NCBI GenBank assembly: GCA_024278725.1
Contig: JAJRSQ010000383.1
Span: forward strand, 1 to 34,357
From: Chloroflexota bacterium
GTDB taxonomy: Bacteria > Chloroflexota > Anaerolineae > 4572-78
Length of the DNA stretch: 34,357 nucleotides
Direction: 5' to 3'
This document shows, piece by piece, positions 18,254-28,166 of the stretch. A program made the translations under genes and the position numbers. The stretch's first letter is position 1, and every line of letters begins with the position of its first letter. The notes below the pieces were generated by a model that did no database searches, had not been told where the DNA came from, and saw only the letters and a list, made by a program, of their open reading frames with translations.

Positions 18254-18275
18254 AAAAGGGTGAAATAAATGAAGG

Positions 18276-20075
18276 TTATGAAAAGACGGCGTTAAAGGTT
18301 GGGGCGTCAATTGTTTCCTGATTCATCAGCAAATCTGCCACTTCAACCAGTTTGTCCCGGTGTTCGGAGAGGATTTGTTTGGCGTTTTCGTAAGCGTCCA
18401 GCACCAGCTTTCGCACTTCCAAATCAATGGTGCGGGCAATTTCCTCGCTGTAACTGCGATGTTCGCCAATCTCTTTCCCCAGAAATACCAGTTCTTCTTT
18501 TTTGCCGTAGGTCAGCAGCCCGATTTTTTCGCTCATCCCGTAGCGGGTGACCATCGCCCGCGCGAGTTTTGTGGCGCGCTGCAAATCGTCGCTGGCGCCG
18601 GTGGTCACGGTGGGGAACATGATTTCTTCGGCGGCGCGTCCGCCCATCACCACGGTGATTTTGGTTTTGAAGTAATCTCGACTCATCAGCGATTTGTCAT
18701 CTTCCGGCAGGTACATGGTCACGCCGCCCGCTTGCCCGCGCGCCACGATGCTCACTTTGTGAACGGGGTCGGCGTCGGGGAGCATTTTGGCAACCAGTGC
18801 ATGCCCCGCTTCGTGATAGGCGATGATTTCTTTTTCCTGCGCGTTGATGACCCGGCTTTTTCGTTCCGGTCCCATGATGATTTTTTCCATGGCGCTTTGG
18901 AAATCGAGCATATCAATTTGTTTGCTGTTGCGGCGAGCCGCCAAAATTGCGGCTTCGTTCACCAGATTTTCCAAATCCGCGCCCACAAAGCCGACGGTCA
19001 TTTTGGCGATGGCGTTCAGGTCTACGGAGGATGACAGCGGTTTCCCTTTGGTGTGAACGCCCAGAATTTTCTCGCGCCCCTGCCAGTCCGGGCGGTCGAG
19101 CACCACACGGCGGTCGAAGCGTCCGGGGCGCAGCAGCGCCGGGTCGAGGATGTCGGGGCGGTTGGTGGCGGCAATCACAATCACGTTGGTGTCGGTGTCG
19201 AAGCCGTCCATCTCCACCAGAATCTGGTTCAGGGTCTGCTCGCGTTCATCGTTTGAGCCACCCAGCCCTGCGCCGCGCTGTCGCCCGACGGCGTCAATTT
19301 CGTCCACAAAGATGATGCACGGGCTGTTCCGTTTCGCCTGCTCGAACAAATCGCGCACGCGGCTGGCGCCCACGCCGACGAACATTTCCACGAATTCCGA
19401 GCCGGAGATGCTGAAGAAAGGGACGCCCGCTTCGCCGGAGACGGCTTTCGCCATCAGGGTTTTCCCGCATCCGGGAGGACCGACCATCAGCACCCCTTTG
19501 GGGATGCGCGCGCCGAGCGAGATGAATTTCTCCGGTTCGCGCAGAAATTCGACCACTTCGTTCAGCTCTTCTTTGGCTTCGTCCGCGCCGGCGACGTCAT
19601 CGAAGGTGACGGTCGGCTTGTCGCCGGTGAACATCCGCGCCTTGCTTTTGCCGAAGCTCATCGCCTGATTGCCTGCACCCTGCGCTTGTCGCAAAATGAA
19701 GAAGAAGAAAAGCCCGATGAGCACCAGCGGCAGCAATGTGCCCAGAATGCTAATCCAGCCGCCCCATTGACTGGGGGAGGCAACTTTGATGTTGATGTTG
19801 CTGAGCTGCGCTTCCGGCACGCCCAGATTTTTCAGCGTTTCCGCAATGCCGATTTCCGGTTCTTTGCGGGAAACGATGCTCGCGCCACCCTTCAGGGTGA
19901 TGTCCAAATCGTTCTCTTGCACAACAATTTCGGCAACTTTGCCTTCCGCCGCCAAACTCGCCACTTCCGTGAGCGGTTTCACGTCGGCGGCTGAACCGCC
20001 AAATAAGAGTTGACTGAAGAAGAATGATACCAGTCCGATGACCAGTATAATGTAAAATACTCGTGTCCAATTCAT
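18276..20075 (-). CDS. ftsH: ATP-dependent zinc metalloprotease FtsH
   Basis: An N-terminal TM pair, Walker [10 protein letters not shown], the AAA second region of homology, and the zinc motif HEAGHA. A GGAGG SD precedes the ATG. Confidence 0.95.
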   Translation of the reverse strand: MNWTRVFYIILVIGLVSFFFSQLLFGGSAADVKPLTEVASLAAEGKVAEIVVQENDLDITLKGGASIVSRKEPEIGIAETLKNLGVPEAQLSNINIKVASPSQWGGWISILGTLLPLVLIGLFFFFILRQAQGAGNQAMSFGKSKARMFTGDKPTVTFDDVAGADEAKEELNEVVEFLREPEKFISLGARIPKGVLMVGPPGCGKTLMAKAVSGEAGVPFFSISGSEFVEMFVGVGASRVRDLFEQAKRNSPCIIFVDEIDAVGRQRGAGLGGSNDEREQTLNQILVEMDGFDTDTNVIVIAATNRPDILDPALLRPGRFDRRVVLDRPDWQGREKILGVHTKGKPLSSSVDLNAIAKMTVGFVGADLENLVNEAAILAARRNSKQIDMLDFQSAMEKIIMGPERKSRVINAQEKEIIAYHEAGHALVAKMLPDADPVHKVSIVARGQAGGVTMYLPEDDKSLMSRDYFKTKITVVMGGRAAEEIMFPTVTTGASDDLQRATKLARAMVTRYGMSEKIGLLTYGKKEELVFLGKEIGEHRSYSEEIARTIDLEVRKLVLDAYENAKQILSEHRDKLVEVADLLMNQETIDAPTFNAVFS

Positions 20076-20113
20076 TCGGTTTGAAAGTCCTCCATCACTG
20101 AAAAACAGAGATG

Positions 20114-20156
20114 TATTATATCAGAGTGACTATACCACGCGGGTATAGGCAAGTCA
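20114..20156 (-). promoter_or_regulatory. Tandem ftsH promoters (TTGACT-17-TATAGT and the extended -10 TGATATAAT)
   Basis: On the minus strand, TTGACT lies at 20156-20151, TATAGT at 20133-20128 and TGATATAAT at 20122-20114. The inverted repeat CTATACC-CGCGT-GGTATAG spans the first promoter's spacer and -10 box. Confidence 0.45.
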
Positions 20157-21095
20157 AGCATTTTGGCGCGAGGCGGTGTATTCCAGCGCGAAGACAATGG
20201 CGAAGCCCAGCGCCGCCAGCCCGATGGCAAACAGCAACTCGCCGTTGAGGGTGGGGGGCAGAATATTAATCTGCTTAATGGGGATGAGTTCCCCGTGACG
20301 GTTGGTGATGGTCTCCAGCGTCTCTTTCCAGGGCCACACCTTCCGCAATGAACCGAGCATCAGCCCGGTGAGGAGGGCAATGGTGAGGTTATGATAGCGT
20401 TTGAGCAACCAGCCTAACAGTTGGGCGAAGGTGGTGATGCCCAATCCTGCGCCCACGGCGAAAATCAGCAGGGTCACGATGTCGCGGTTGTTAACGGCAT
20501 CCAAAATATATTGATATTTCCCCAGCAGCACCAGAATGAAAGAGCCGGAAATACCGGGCAGAATCATGGCGCAGATGACAATTGCACCGGCGATGAAAAT
20601 GAACCACGGGGTGGTGGGCGTTTCCGCGGGAACCAGCCCGACCAGCCAATACGCGCCCAACGCGGAGAGCAGTGCCGCCACCACCGTGCCGATGTGCCAG
20701 CGGGTGATGCGGCGGCTCACCATCAGCACGGATGCCAGCACCAACCCGAAGAAGAACGACCACAGCAAAACCGGCTTGTTGTCCAGCAGCCATGACAATC
20801 CTTTTGCCAGTGAAAAGACTGCCAGCAGGATACCCGTCAGCAGCGAAACCAGAAATTTCCACGGGACAATCTCCAGCGCGTCTTTGATTTTCAGCGTTAA
20901 AATCAGCCGGATAACTTTTAAATCGATGGATTTTATCGCGTCGATTAATTCTTCGTAAATGCCCAGAATGAGCGCCATCGTACCGCCCGAAACGCCCGGC
21001 ACCACATCCGATGCCCCCATCAGAAAACCGCGAACCACAATACCGGCGTATTGTTTCGGCGTTCTTTCAGAAGAAATTTGATTGATTGTTGTCAT
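20154..21095 (-). CDS. DUF368-family integral membrane protein
   Basis: MTTINQ...GFLMGASDVVPGVSGGTMALILGIYEELI is the DUF368 signature, followed by multiple TM helices. ATG 21095 is preferred. The long Cys/Arg-rich N-terminal extension in the track ORF looks spurious. Confidence 0.75.
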   Translation of the reverse strand: MTTINQISSERTPKQYAGIVVRGFLMGASDVVPGVSGGTMALILGIYEELIDAIKSIDLKVIRLILTLKIKDALEIVPWKFLVSLLTGILLAVFSLAKGLSWLLDNKPVLLWSFFFGLVLASVLMVSRRITRWHIGTVVAALLSALGAYWLVGLVPAETPTTPWFIFIAGAIVICAMILPGISGSFILVLLGKYQYILDAVNNRDIVTLLIFAVGAGLGITTFAQLLGWLLKRYHNLTIALLTGLMLGSLRKVWPWKETLETITNRHGELIPIKQINILPPTLNGELLFAIGLAALGFAIVFALEYTASRQNA

Positions 21096-21255
21096 TTGGC
21101 TATCATACCTTTCAAATCTGTATTTATTATGAGGCAAATAGTTTTGTGCACAAATCGGTAGAATACCCAAGCTTGTGCATCGAGTCAAAAAAACCACGGC
21201 GGAACGGTCTGATTTCCGGTTTTTTGCCAAATAGGGACGACTTGAAGGGGCTTTT

Positions 21256-23676
21256 ATGGATGCCGCGCAGATAAATCGTACAATTTCCGCGTTGGAAACA
21301 CATCGGGATGCATTGGGCAATATGGTGGTGGATGTTGCTGTGCGCGCGTTGCAGCAGATGGCGCACACCGTCCGCCAGCCACAGACCACCGAAATGGAGA
21401 GCCGGTTGCTCACGGTGTTTGTGATGCGGGTGCATGGCGTGGCGGCGTTTTTGCGCGCCATCCCGGCGGCGGATGTGCCGATTTTTCTGGCGCAACTGTG
21501 GCGGCGGGTGGATGAAACAATATCGGAGCGCCGGGGCGTGGTGCATGCACATTTCGGCAATTATTTGCTGGCATTTTTCGGGCTGGATGCCGCCCGTCCC
21601 AATGAACCGGAATGGGCAATCCGCGCGGCGTTGCAATTGCGCCAAACGGTGGCGGACGTGCGTCAGGAATGGGTGGATGCTCACCGCTCGCACGCCGAGA
21701 TGCCTGCGTTGTCGGTGTCGGTGGGGTTGCACATCGGCGAGGTGATGCAAACCAAAGAGCGCGCCTCGGCGGGCGGCGATGTTTTGGGGGAAACGGTTGA
21801 TGTTTCGCTGACGTTGGCGCAAGCGGCGAAACCCAACTCGATTTTAATTTCCGCCGATATGTACCGGCACGTGCGGGGGGTGTTTTATGTGCGCCAACTT
21901 TCCAACCCCATTAAATTGAATACCGACGGGGCAACCGTCCGCACCTACCGCGTGAAAGGGGCGAAGCCGTATGCCGTGCGCGTCATCAGCCGCAGCGTGG
22001 AAGGCATTGAAACGCCGATGGTGGGGCGGGAAACGGCATTGCGCGCTTTGCAATCGGCATTTGCCGCCGTGACCCAAACCGGGCGCGCGCAACTGGTGGT
22101 CATTGATGGCGAATCGGGCATCGGAAAATCACGGCTGCTGTATGAGTTCGACCACTGGCTTGAACAGCAGCCGGTGAATTTGCGATTGTTGCAGGGGCGC
22201 GCCAGTTTGCAAACGCGCGGCGTGCCGTATTGGATTCTGCGCGATATTTTCACCTTTTACTTCGGGATTTTTGCCAGCGATTCCACCGTCATCACCCGCA
22301 AAAAACTGGCGCAGGGCATTGCCGACATCACCGATATGACGGATGCGGCGACGATGGCGGAGAAAATCGAACACATCATCGGGTTTTCCGCAGAAGCTGT
22401 GCCCACCTTCCCCTCAGAGCCGGAGAAACGCCGGTTGCATGCGGCGGTAGCGGCGGTGCAAGCTTTTTTCGCCGCGCTGACGGCGGGCGGAACGCCGGTG
22501 ATTCTGATGCTGGAGGACATCCACTGGGCGGATGATGCCTCCCTGCGGATATTGAAAAACCTGTGGAACGCCAGCCGGGATATTCCGCTGTTGATGGTAT
22601 GCACCACCCAGCCGCAACTATTTTCCGAGCGCCCGGATTGGTTCGCCCCGGATGAGGCGGCATCAAAAATTGTGCTGCCCGCGCTCGAACCCGCGCAAAT
22701 TTCGGAATTGATTGCCCGCATTTTTTGCAAAATTCCCGCCATTCCTCCCAAGCTGCAAGCGGAATTAATATCCCACGCCGGCGGTAATCCGTTGCTGCTG
22801 GAAGAATTAATCCAGCTATTAATTGATGCCGGCGTTGTGCTGCCTTTTCCGGTTCGTTGGCGGGTGGATGAAGCGGCGCTGGACAAAATTACCCTGCCCG
22901 ATGATTTGATGACGGCGTTGCTGGCGCGGTTTTCCCGATTGCCGGCGCTGGAGCAGGAAATGCTGCAACGGGCGGCGACCATCGGGCGGGCATTTTGGAA
23001 CGTGGCGCTGGCACGGATGAGCGACCCGGACGCGGCGACCATCAGTTTGGATGTGGTCAATGTGGTGCTGGAAAATTTACAGGAACGGGGAGTCATTTTA
23101 CAGCGTGAATCATCGCCTTTTGCCCAAACGAAGGAATACATCTTCAAACATGCGTTGCTCAGAAGTGCCATTCTGAACACGCTCCCCGCCGAGGCGGCAA
23201 CCGCCTACCATGCCCAATTGGCAGCATGGCTCATTGAATACAATGGCGAACAAGTGGATGCCTACGCCTCGCTGATTGCCGCGCACTTCGATGACGCCCA
23301 CCGGGCGACACAAGCCGCCGAATGGTATTTGCGCGCGGGGATACATTCGCTGACGGTCTTCGCGTGGGATGTGGCGCTGACGCATTTTGAAAAAGTTCGG
23401 CAGTTGCTGCCGCAAATGGAAGAAGATGCCGCCACCACCGCCATGCATTTCAAAATGGCGCACGGGATGGCAGTGGCGCTATGGTGGCAAGCCGGTGTCT
23501 CGCACGCCGAAAATCCCCGGGCATTGTTTGAAGCGGCAATCTCGTGGGCGGTGCGCGCCGGTGATGCCGCCTTGCAGTCGCGCATTTTGCATCATTGGGC
23601 AAATGCCGAGCGTCGCCACGGTGAAGTTTCGCGCGCGGATGCCCTGATGAAACAAGCGCAATCTATCATGCCATAA
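21256..23676 (+). CDS. Class III cyclase-homology domain (apparently degenerate) fused to an AAA_16/STAND-type NTPase and a TPR-like C-terminus
   Basis: The cyclase-like block is LTVFVMRVHGVAAF...HFGNYLLAFFG...VGLHIGEV...GDVLGETVDVSLTLAQ. The P-loop is VIDGESGIGKSRLL, followed by a helical repeat tail. GAAGGGG sits 6 nt before the ATG. Confidence 0.75.
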   Translation: MDAAQINRTISALETHRDALGNMVVDVAVRALQQMAHTVRQPQTTEMESRLLTVFVMRVHGVAAFLRAIPAADVPIFLAQLWRRVDETISERRGVVHAHFGNYLLAFFGLDAARPNEPEWAIRAALQLRQTVADVRQEWVDAHRSHAEMPALSVSVGLHIGEVMQTKERASAGGDVLGETVDVSLTLAQAAKPNSILISADMYRHVRGVFYVRQLSNPIKLNTDGATVRTYRVKGAKPYAVRVISRSVEGIETPMVGRETALRALQSAFAAVTQTGRAQLVVIDGESGIGKSRLLYEFDHWLEQQPVNLRLLQGRASLQTRGVPYWILRDIFTFYFGIFASDSTVITRKKLAQGIADITDMTDAATMAEKIEHIIGFSAEAVPTFPSEPEKRRLHAAVAAVQAFFAALTAGGTPVILMLEDIHWADDASLRILKNLWNASRDIPLLMVCTTQPQLFSERPDWFAPDEAASKIVLPALEPAQISELIARIFCKIPAIPPKLQAELISHAGGNPLLLEELIQLLIDAGVVLPFPVRWRVDEAALDKITLPDDLMTALLARFSRLPALEQEMLQRAATIGRAFWNVALARMSDPDAATISLDVVNVVLENLQERGVILQRESSPFAQTKEYIFKHALLRSAILNTLPAEAATAYHAQLAAWLIEYNGEQVDAYASLIAAHFDDAHRATQAAEWYLRAGIHSLTVFAWDVALTHFEKVRQLLPQMEEDAATTAMHFKMAHGMAVALWWQAGVSHAENPRALFEAAISWAVRAGDAALQSRILHHWANAERRHGEVSRADALMKQAQSIMP

Positions 23677-23678
23677 AT

Positions 23679-23707
23679 GTTGCAAAATGTGGTATAATGT
23701 ATGCAAC
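23679..23707 (+). promoter_or_regulatory. Extended -10 promoter (TGGTATAAT) flanked by the inverted repeat GTTGCA/TGCAAC
   Basis: TGGTATAAT at 23690-23698. The arms at 23679-23684 and 23702-23707 bracket the -10 box and could form an operator. Confidence 0.4.
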
Positions 23708-23739
23708 TTGCTGTACCGCAGCCAACCATTGTGTAAACC

Positions 23740-25836
23740 ATGGATTCTCCCTTGAACGATTCAAAACTGGCACTCCTGTATCTTGCGATAAAAGAATTGA
23801 ATAACTGTTTGGAAGCGGAAGAATTATTCAAGCGCACGTTGATTTCCGCGGTGCGGTTAACCGGCGCCTCACGCGGGAGCCTGTTTGTGCGGGAAGATGG
23901 CGAAGCTGAGGCGTGGGGGTTGCTGCTCGATGAGGCGACCATCACCAAAATCGAATCGGAGACCGTTGCCCTGATGCTGGAAAGCGGTTTAGCCGGATGG
24001 GTGTTGCAGCACCGAGAACCCGCATTCATCCCCAATACAGCCACCGATTCGCGCTGGTATCCGCGTTCTCGACAGGATGCTAACATCTCCACCAAAAGCG
24101 TGGTGGCAGTGCCGTTGGTTTTGCAGCATCAGGCGCTGGGTGTGCTGACTTTGTCCCACACCAACGTCAACCATTTTTCGGAGGCGGATGCCTCTGTGGT
24201 GGCGTCCATCGCCGAGCAGGCGGTAACAGCCATCGCCCGCATCCAACTGTATCAGGTGGAAAAACGGCGGCGGAAGCTGGCAAACGCCATCGCCGAATTT
24301 GTGCAGAAATTACCCGCCACCCATTCCCAAACGGATTTGCTGGCGTTGGGGTTTCAACATTTTTGGCGAATTTTCCCCTTTCAGAAGGGCATCATCTTTT
24401 TGTGGGATAGGGATTATTTGGCGGTTTCGGGGACATACGGTATTCCCTCACCGGCAGATATGGCGACCCTTTCGGTGGAATTGTACCAAAATGATTTTGC
24501 CCGTCCGTTGCTGGAAAAAAGCAAGCCGCTGAGCACCACAAATTTGCAAAACGAAGAATCATGGTTCAAAGACGTACCGGCGTTTGCCGGGGTGAAGAGT
24601 TGGCTGGGCATTCCGCTGGTTGCCGGAGAAATACAGTTGGGCATCGCCACCTTTGGACGCAATACCACCGAGCGTTTTCGCCCGCAGGATGTGGAAGTGG
24701 CGATGCAACTGAGCCGGCAACTCGCCGCCGCCATCAACGACCAGCGCATGTTGCAGCGGTTGCAAAACATTGAAAAACGGTACACCAGCCTGTTTGAAGA
24801 AAGCTCGGATTGTTTGCTGATTGTGGAAACCTCCGGCGTCATCCGCGACGCGAATCGCAAAGCCTGCCGCATCTTTCGCCGCCCCAAAGATGTGATTGTC
24901 GGCAGCCATGTGGCGTTGCTGGATACTTCATTGCAGGATGTTTTGCACCGGCACTTGACGAACCTCGCCCCCGGTAAAATCATCAGCAATGAAGTTGTGG
25001 TGAAAGATGCGTACGGGCAATCGGTGGCGCTGGAAATTACAGCGCGTTACATCAATTTTGATGGTGAAACGGTCATCCAATGGACGGGGTACGATGTCAC
25101 CGCCAACAAAGAACTGGCAGCCATGCGTCAGGATTTGACCAATATGATTGTCCACGATTTGCGGGGTCCCACCGGCACGCTGATGGGGGCGGTGCAGATG
25201 CTGGAAATGCTGGTGCAGGACATCGCCGACCCGGAATTGCGCGCCGAAACCGCCGAAATCATCAATCTGGCGACCCGCAGCGGGCAATATCTGCGCGATT
25301 TGATTGACAGTGTGCTTGATTTGAGCAAGCTGGAACAGGGCGATTTCCCCCTGCGCATCTCGCCGGTATCATTGCCGACCCTGCTTGAAGAAGTGCTTGA
25401 GCAGACGGAAGCGCAGGCGAACTTCAAAAATATCGAACTGACACTTCCGACGATTTCCGATGTGGTGGCAAATCTCGACCATAGCATCATCCGGCGGGTG
25501 TTGGTCAATTTAATTGATAACGCGATAAAATACACCCCGTCCGGCGGGCACGTGCGCGTTTCGCTGGAGCGGGCGGAACATCAAATTATCTTCACTGTGG
25601 CTGATGACGGTCCGGGTATCACCTCCGACAGCCAGAAGCACATTTTTGAAAAATTTGCCCGCGCCACCGCCGATGCCGCCATTCAAGGGGTGGGGCTGGG
25701 ATTGGCATTCTGCAAATTGGCGGTGGAAGCGCACGGCGGCATCATCTGGCTGGATAGCGTCGAAGGGGAGGGGAGTACCTTCCATTTTTCCATTCCGGAT
25801 AACCTCGCCCCGGGAGAGACAAATGGCGCAACCTGA
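23740..25836 (+). CDS. Cytoplasmic sensor histidine kinase (GAF-GAF-PAS-HisKA-HATPase_c)
   Basis: The H-box is MIVHDLRGP. The N box is NLIDNAIKYTP, the G1 box DDGPGI and the G2 box GVGLGLAF. Two GAF-like regions and one PAS-like region lie upstream. No TM segments are evident. Confidence 0.85.
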   Translation: MDSPLNDSKLALLYLAIKELNNCLEAEELFKRTLISAVRLTGASRGSLFVREDGEAEAWGLLLDEATITKIESETVALMLESGLAGWVLQHREPAFIPNTATDSRWYPRSRQDANISTKSVVAVPLVLQHQALGVLTLSHTNVNHFSEADASVVASIAEQAVTAIARIQLYQVEKRRRKLANAIAEFVQKLPATHSQTDLLALGFQHFWRIFPFQKGIIFLWDRDYLAVSGTYGIPSPADMATLSVELYQNDFARPLLEKSKPLSTTNLQNEESWFKDVPAFAGVKSWLGIPLVAGEIQLGIATFGRNTTERFRPQDVEVAMQLSRQLAAAINDQRMLQRLQNIEKRYTSLFEESSDCLLIVETSGVIRDANRKACRIFRRPKDVIVGSHVALLDTSLQDVLHRHLTNLAPGKIISNEVVVKDAYGQSVALEITARYINFDGETVIQWTGYDVTANKELAAMRQDLTNMIVHDLRGPTGTLMGAVQMLEMLVQDIADPELRAETAEIINLATRSGQYLRDLIDSVLDLSKLEQGDFPLRISPVSLPTLLEEVLEQTEAQANFKNIELTLPTISDVVANLDHSIIRRVLVNLIDNAIKYTPSGGHVRVSLERAEHQIIFTVADDGPGITSDSQKHIFEKFARATADAAIQGVGLGLAFCKLAVEAHGGIIWLDSVEGEGSTFHFSIPDNLAPGETNGAT

Positions 25837-26602
25837 TTTTGACGTCATCGCCCGTTTTTACGATGTGATTTACGCCCACCGCACGGACGATGTGGAAATG
25901 TGGCTCGATTTTGCGGATAGCGTTGCGGGGGATATTCTGGAAATCGGTTGCGGCACGGGGCGGGTGACGCTCCCGTTGACGCGCGCCGGCTTCCGGGTGA
26001 CGGGGGTGGATATTTCCGCATTGTCACTGAAAAAAGCCGCCGCAAAAATCGCTGCCGCGGAAGTGGATGATTTGGCGACGCTGGTGCATGGTGATATGCG
26101 TACTTTCGATTTGCCGCAAAAAGACTTTGCGCTGACAATCATCCCCATTAACACCTTCATGCACAACCTTTCCACCGCAGACCAGCGAGCGACGCTCGAC
26201 GCAGTTGCCGCCCATCTTCAGCCGGGGGGCATCATTGTGGTGGATTTGTATCACCCGCATCCCCCGGCACTGCTGGAAGCGGATGGGCGGGTGGAATTTG
26301 CCGGACATGTGACGGATACTGAAACGGGACACACCGTGCAGTGGTTTTCGGCGCGCCGGTTGCAATTGGATGAGCAGATTCAACAGGTGACGTTCTTTTT
26401 GGATGAAATTGACGATGCGGGAAAATTGTTTCGGCACACGCTGGATTTTCCCATGCGGTATCTGCATCGGTTTGAAATGAGTCTATTGTTGGAAGGGGCG
26501 GGTTTTTCGGTGGATGAAATTCTCGGCGATTACGACCAATCGCTATTTTACGCGGAGAGTCCACGGATGATATTTGTGGCGCGGAAGGTCGAAGAAGGGT
26601 GA
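25823..26602 (+). CDS. Class I SAM-dependent methyltransferase
   Basis: Motif I is ILEIGCGTGRVTLPL. The start at ATG 25823 (MAQPDFDVIARFYD) overlaps the kinase 3' end by 14 nt. Confidence 0.8.
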   Translation: MAQPDFDVIARFYDVIYAHRTDDVEMWLDFADSVAGDILEIGCGTGRVTLPLTRAGFRVTGVDISALSLKKAAAKIAAAEVDDLATLVHGDMRTFDLPQKDFALTIIPINTFMHNLSTADQRATLDAVAAHLQPGGIIVVDLYHPHPPALLEADGRVEFAGHVTDTETGHTVQWFSARRLQLDEQIQQVTFFLDEIDDAGKLFRHTLDFPMRYLHRFEMSLLLEGAGFSVDEILGDYDQSLFYAESPRMIFVARKVEEG

Positions 26603-26654
26603 AGCGACGCTCGCAAGGACCGTTATTTCACTGATGGCGGCATAGATAAAAAAT

Positions 26655-26699
26655 ATTTACGATGAATTTACACTAAATTTACGAAAAATTTGCTATAAT
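26655..26699 (+). promoter_or_regulatory. Four 11-bp phased direct repeats (ATTTAC/ATTTGC) abutting an extended -10 box (TGCTATAAT)
   Basis: The hexamers start at 26655, 26666, 26677 and 26688, an exact 11-bp period. TGCTATAAT lies at 26691-26699. Confidence 0.55.
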
Positions 26700-26736
26700 A
26701 AGACTCACTACCTTAGAGGAAGATGGTACGGAAACC

Positions 26737-27099
26737 ATGGCTAGAATTTTAGTGGTTGATGATGATGTTTCAATAATCAGTTTTTTGCAGGAAGCATTAC
26801 CGGCATTGGGGTACACGGCGGATTACGCGGAAAGTGGACAGCAGGCGATAAAGTTGCTGGAAACCGAAATGTATGATTTGGTGCTTTCCGATATCCGCAT
26901 GCCCGAAAAGAATGGCATTGACGTGGCGCGCGCCGCCTACAAAATGTCGCCCCATGTTCCGGTGCTGTTCATGAGCGGAAATCCCAATACCATTGTGGAA
27001 GACCGGTCTTTTCTTGCCAAACCTTTCACGGTTGCGGAACTGGAGTTGCGGATTGATGCGGCACTCGCGCCTCCGGAGGATGAAGAGATCATTGTGTGA
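26737..27099 (+). CDS. Single-domain CheY-like response regulator
   Basis: 120 aa with ILVVDDD, LVLSDIRMP (phospho-acceptor Asp) and LAKPF. No output domain. Confidence 0.88.
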   Translation: MARILVVDDDVSIISFLQEALPALGYTADYAESGQQAIKLLETEMYDLVLSDIRMPEKNGIDVARAAYKMSPHVPVLFMSGNPNTIVEDRSFLAKPFTVAELELRIDAALAPPEDEEIIV

Positions 27100-27134
27100 A
27101 AAAGAAGGCTTCCCGATTCCGGAAGCCTTTTTTC
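27100..27134. terminator. Bidirectional intrinsic terminator between convergent genes
   Basis: AAGGCTTCC (27105-27113) pairs with GGAAGCCTT (27121-27129) around a 7-nt loop. An A-run lies upstream and a T-run downstream. Confidence 0.65.
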
Positions 27135-28134
27135 ATGCCAGAATTTCCACCCGCAGCGCCGAAAGCACATATTCGATGGGATTGATGAGTGTGGAATTGC
27201 TCGACCCGGCGTAGAGCAATCCCACCACGTAATTTTCTTCATCCAGCACCGCCGACCCCGAATCGCCCGGTGCGGACATGCCCCCCGCCATCAATTGCCC
27301 GTGGAAGGTCGCCGCCCGTCCGTTGTACATCACGGAGGTGGTCACATCCACCTGCACGATGCGCCCTTCCGTGTAGCCGGTGGTGCGCCCGCTTTTTTTC
27401 ACTTTACCCCCCAAGCCAATCGCCCGGCTTCCTTTGGGGCGTCCGATTTCAAAGATGAACGGCGTGAACATCTTCGGGTCAATGGGGCGAGCCAGCGCCG
27501 CATCCACCACGTTGGCGCCGGTAGTCTGCCGGTACGCCTGCAATCGGTGTTTGGAGCCGAACCATCCGGCGATGGTGTTCAGCACCGATGCCGTATTTTG
27601 GGCGATGGTGCATCCGGCATCTTCGCCGCCAAAATCAAGGGGGATGAACGTTTCCAGCGTGGCAACCGCATCGGCATCCGAGCCGCCGTCGTATTTCCCC
27701 GGTTGCAGAATGGCGTCCCCTTTTTTCCCCGCATTCACATCCGCCAGCACATGGTTGTTGCTCAAAATGAAGATTTCATCCCCCCGCCGAACCAGACATC
27801 CCAATGTGCCCGCCGTGACGGCATAATGCCCGATGGACACACCGGGCGGCACAGAGGGTCGCCAAATATCCCGATGCCCCTGAAATGCGCGCAACACGCC
27901 CGTTTCCACCACATCGGTGCGCACGTTGTCGATGGTTTTGGGGATGAGGTCGGCTTCCGTTAATTGTGCCACGGGGACTTTGCGCGCCACATTCACCACC
28001 ACCGAAAGCTCATCGGTGGCGCCGCTGGCGGTGACTTTGTAGCCCACTCCCACGCCGACCACATTTTTCCGTCGGATGAGATGTCGTACATTCGATTGTT
28101 TGACGGAACGCGCCTGCCCAATATCTACTGCCAT
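27133..28134 (-). CDS. Chymotrypsin-fold (S1-like) serine protease with an N-terminal prodomain-like region
   Basis: The triad candidates are in the order His (ILSNNHVLA), Asp (NVVDAALA) and Ser (APGDSGSAV). The N-terminal 85 or so aa (KNVVGVGVGY...VVVNVARK...DLIPKTIDNVRTDVVETG) are paralogous to the upstream small ORF. A GGAG SD is present. Confidence 0.75.
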   Translation of the reverse strand: MAVDIGQARSVKQSNVRHLIRRKNVVGVGVGYKVTASGATDELSVVVNVARKVPVAQLTEADLIPKTIDNVRTDVVETGVLRAFQGHRDIWRPSVPPGVSIGHYAVTAGTLGCLVRRGDEIFILSNNHVLADVNAGKKGDAILQPGKYDGGSDADAVATLETFIPLDFGGEDAGCTIAQNTASVLNTIAGWFGSKHRLQAYRQTTGANVVDAALARPIDPKMFTPFIFEIGRPKGSRAIGLGGKVKKSGRTTGYTEGRIVQVDVTTSVMYNGRAATFHGQLMAGGMSAPGDSGSAVLDEENYVVGLLYAGSSNSTLINPIEYVLSALRVEILA

Positions 28135-28166
28135 GAAAATCTCCGTGCCTCATATGATTTTGCCGG

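Noticed and set aside
21096-21560. N-terminal extension of the DUF368 ORF (track 20154..21560)
   Set aside because: The extension is Cys/Arg/Thr-rich, overlaps the divergent cyclase-like gene, and precedes the canonical family start MTTINQ...GVSGG. ATG 21095 is used instead.
22257-23180. 307-aa minus-strand ORF
   Set aside because: It lies antisense to the cyclase-like/STAND NTPase gene. It is Ser/Ala-rich with no motifs, so it is a shadow ORF.
26723-26752. 9-codon upstream ORF (MVRKPWLEF) overlapping the response-regulator start
   Set aside because: The only SD-like element (GAGGA) is just 2 nt from this ATG, which is too close for initiation. There is no conservation evidence, so it is treated as chance.
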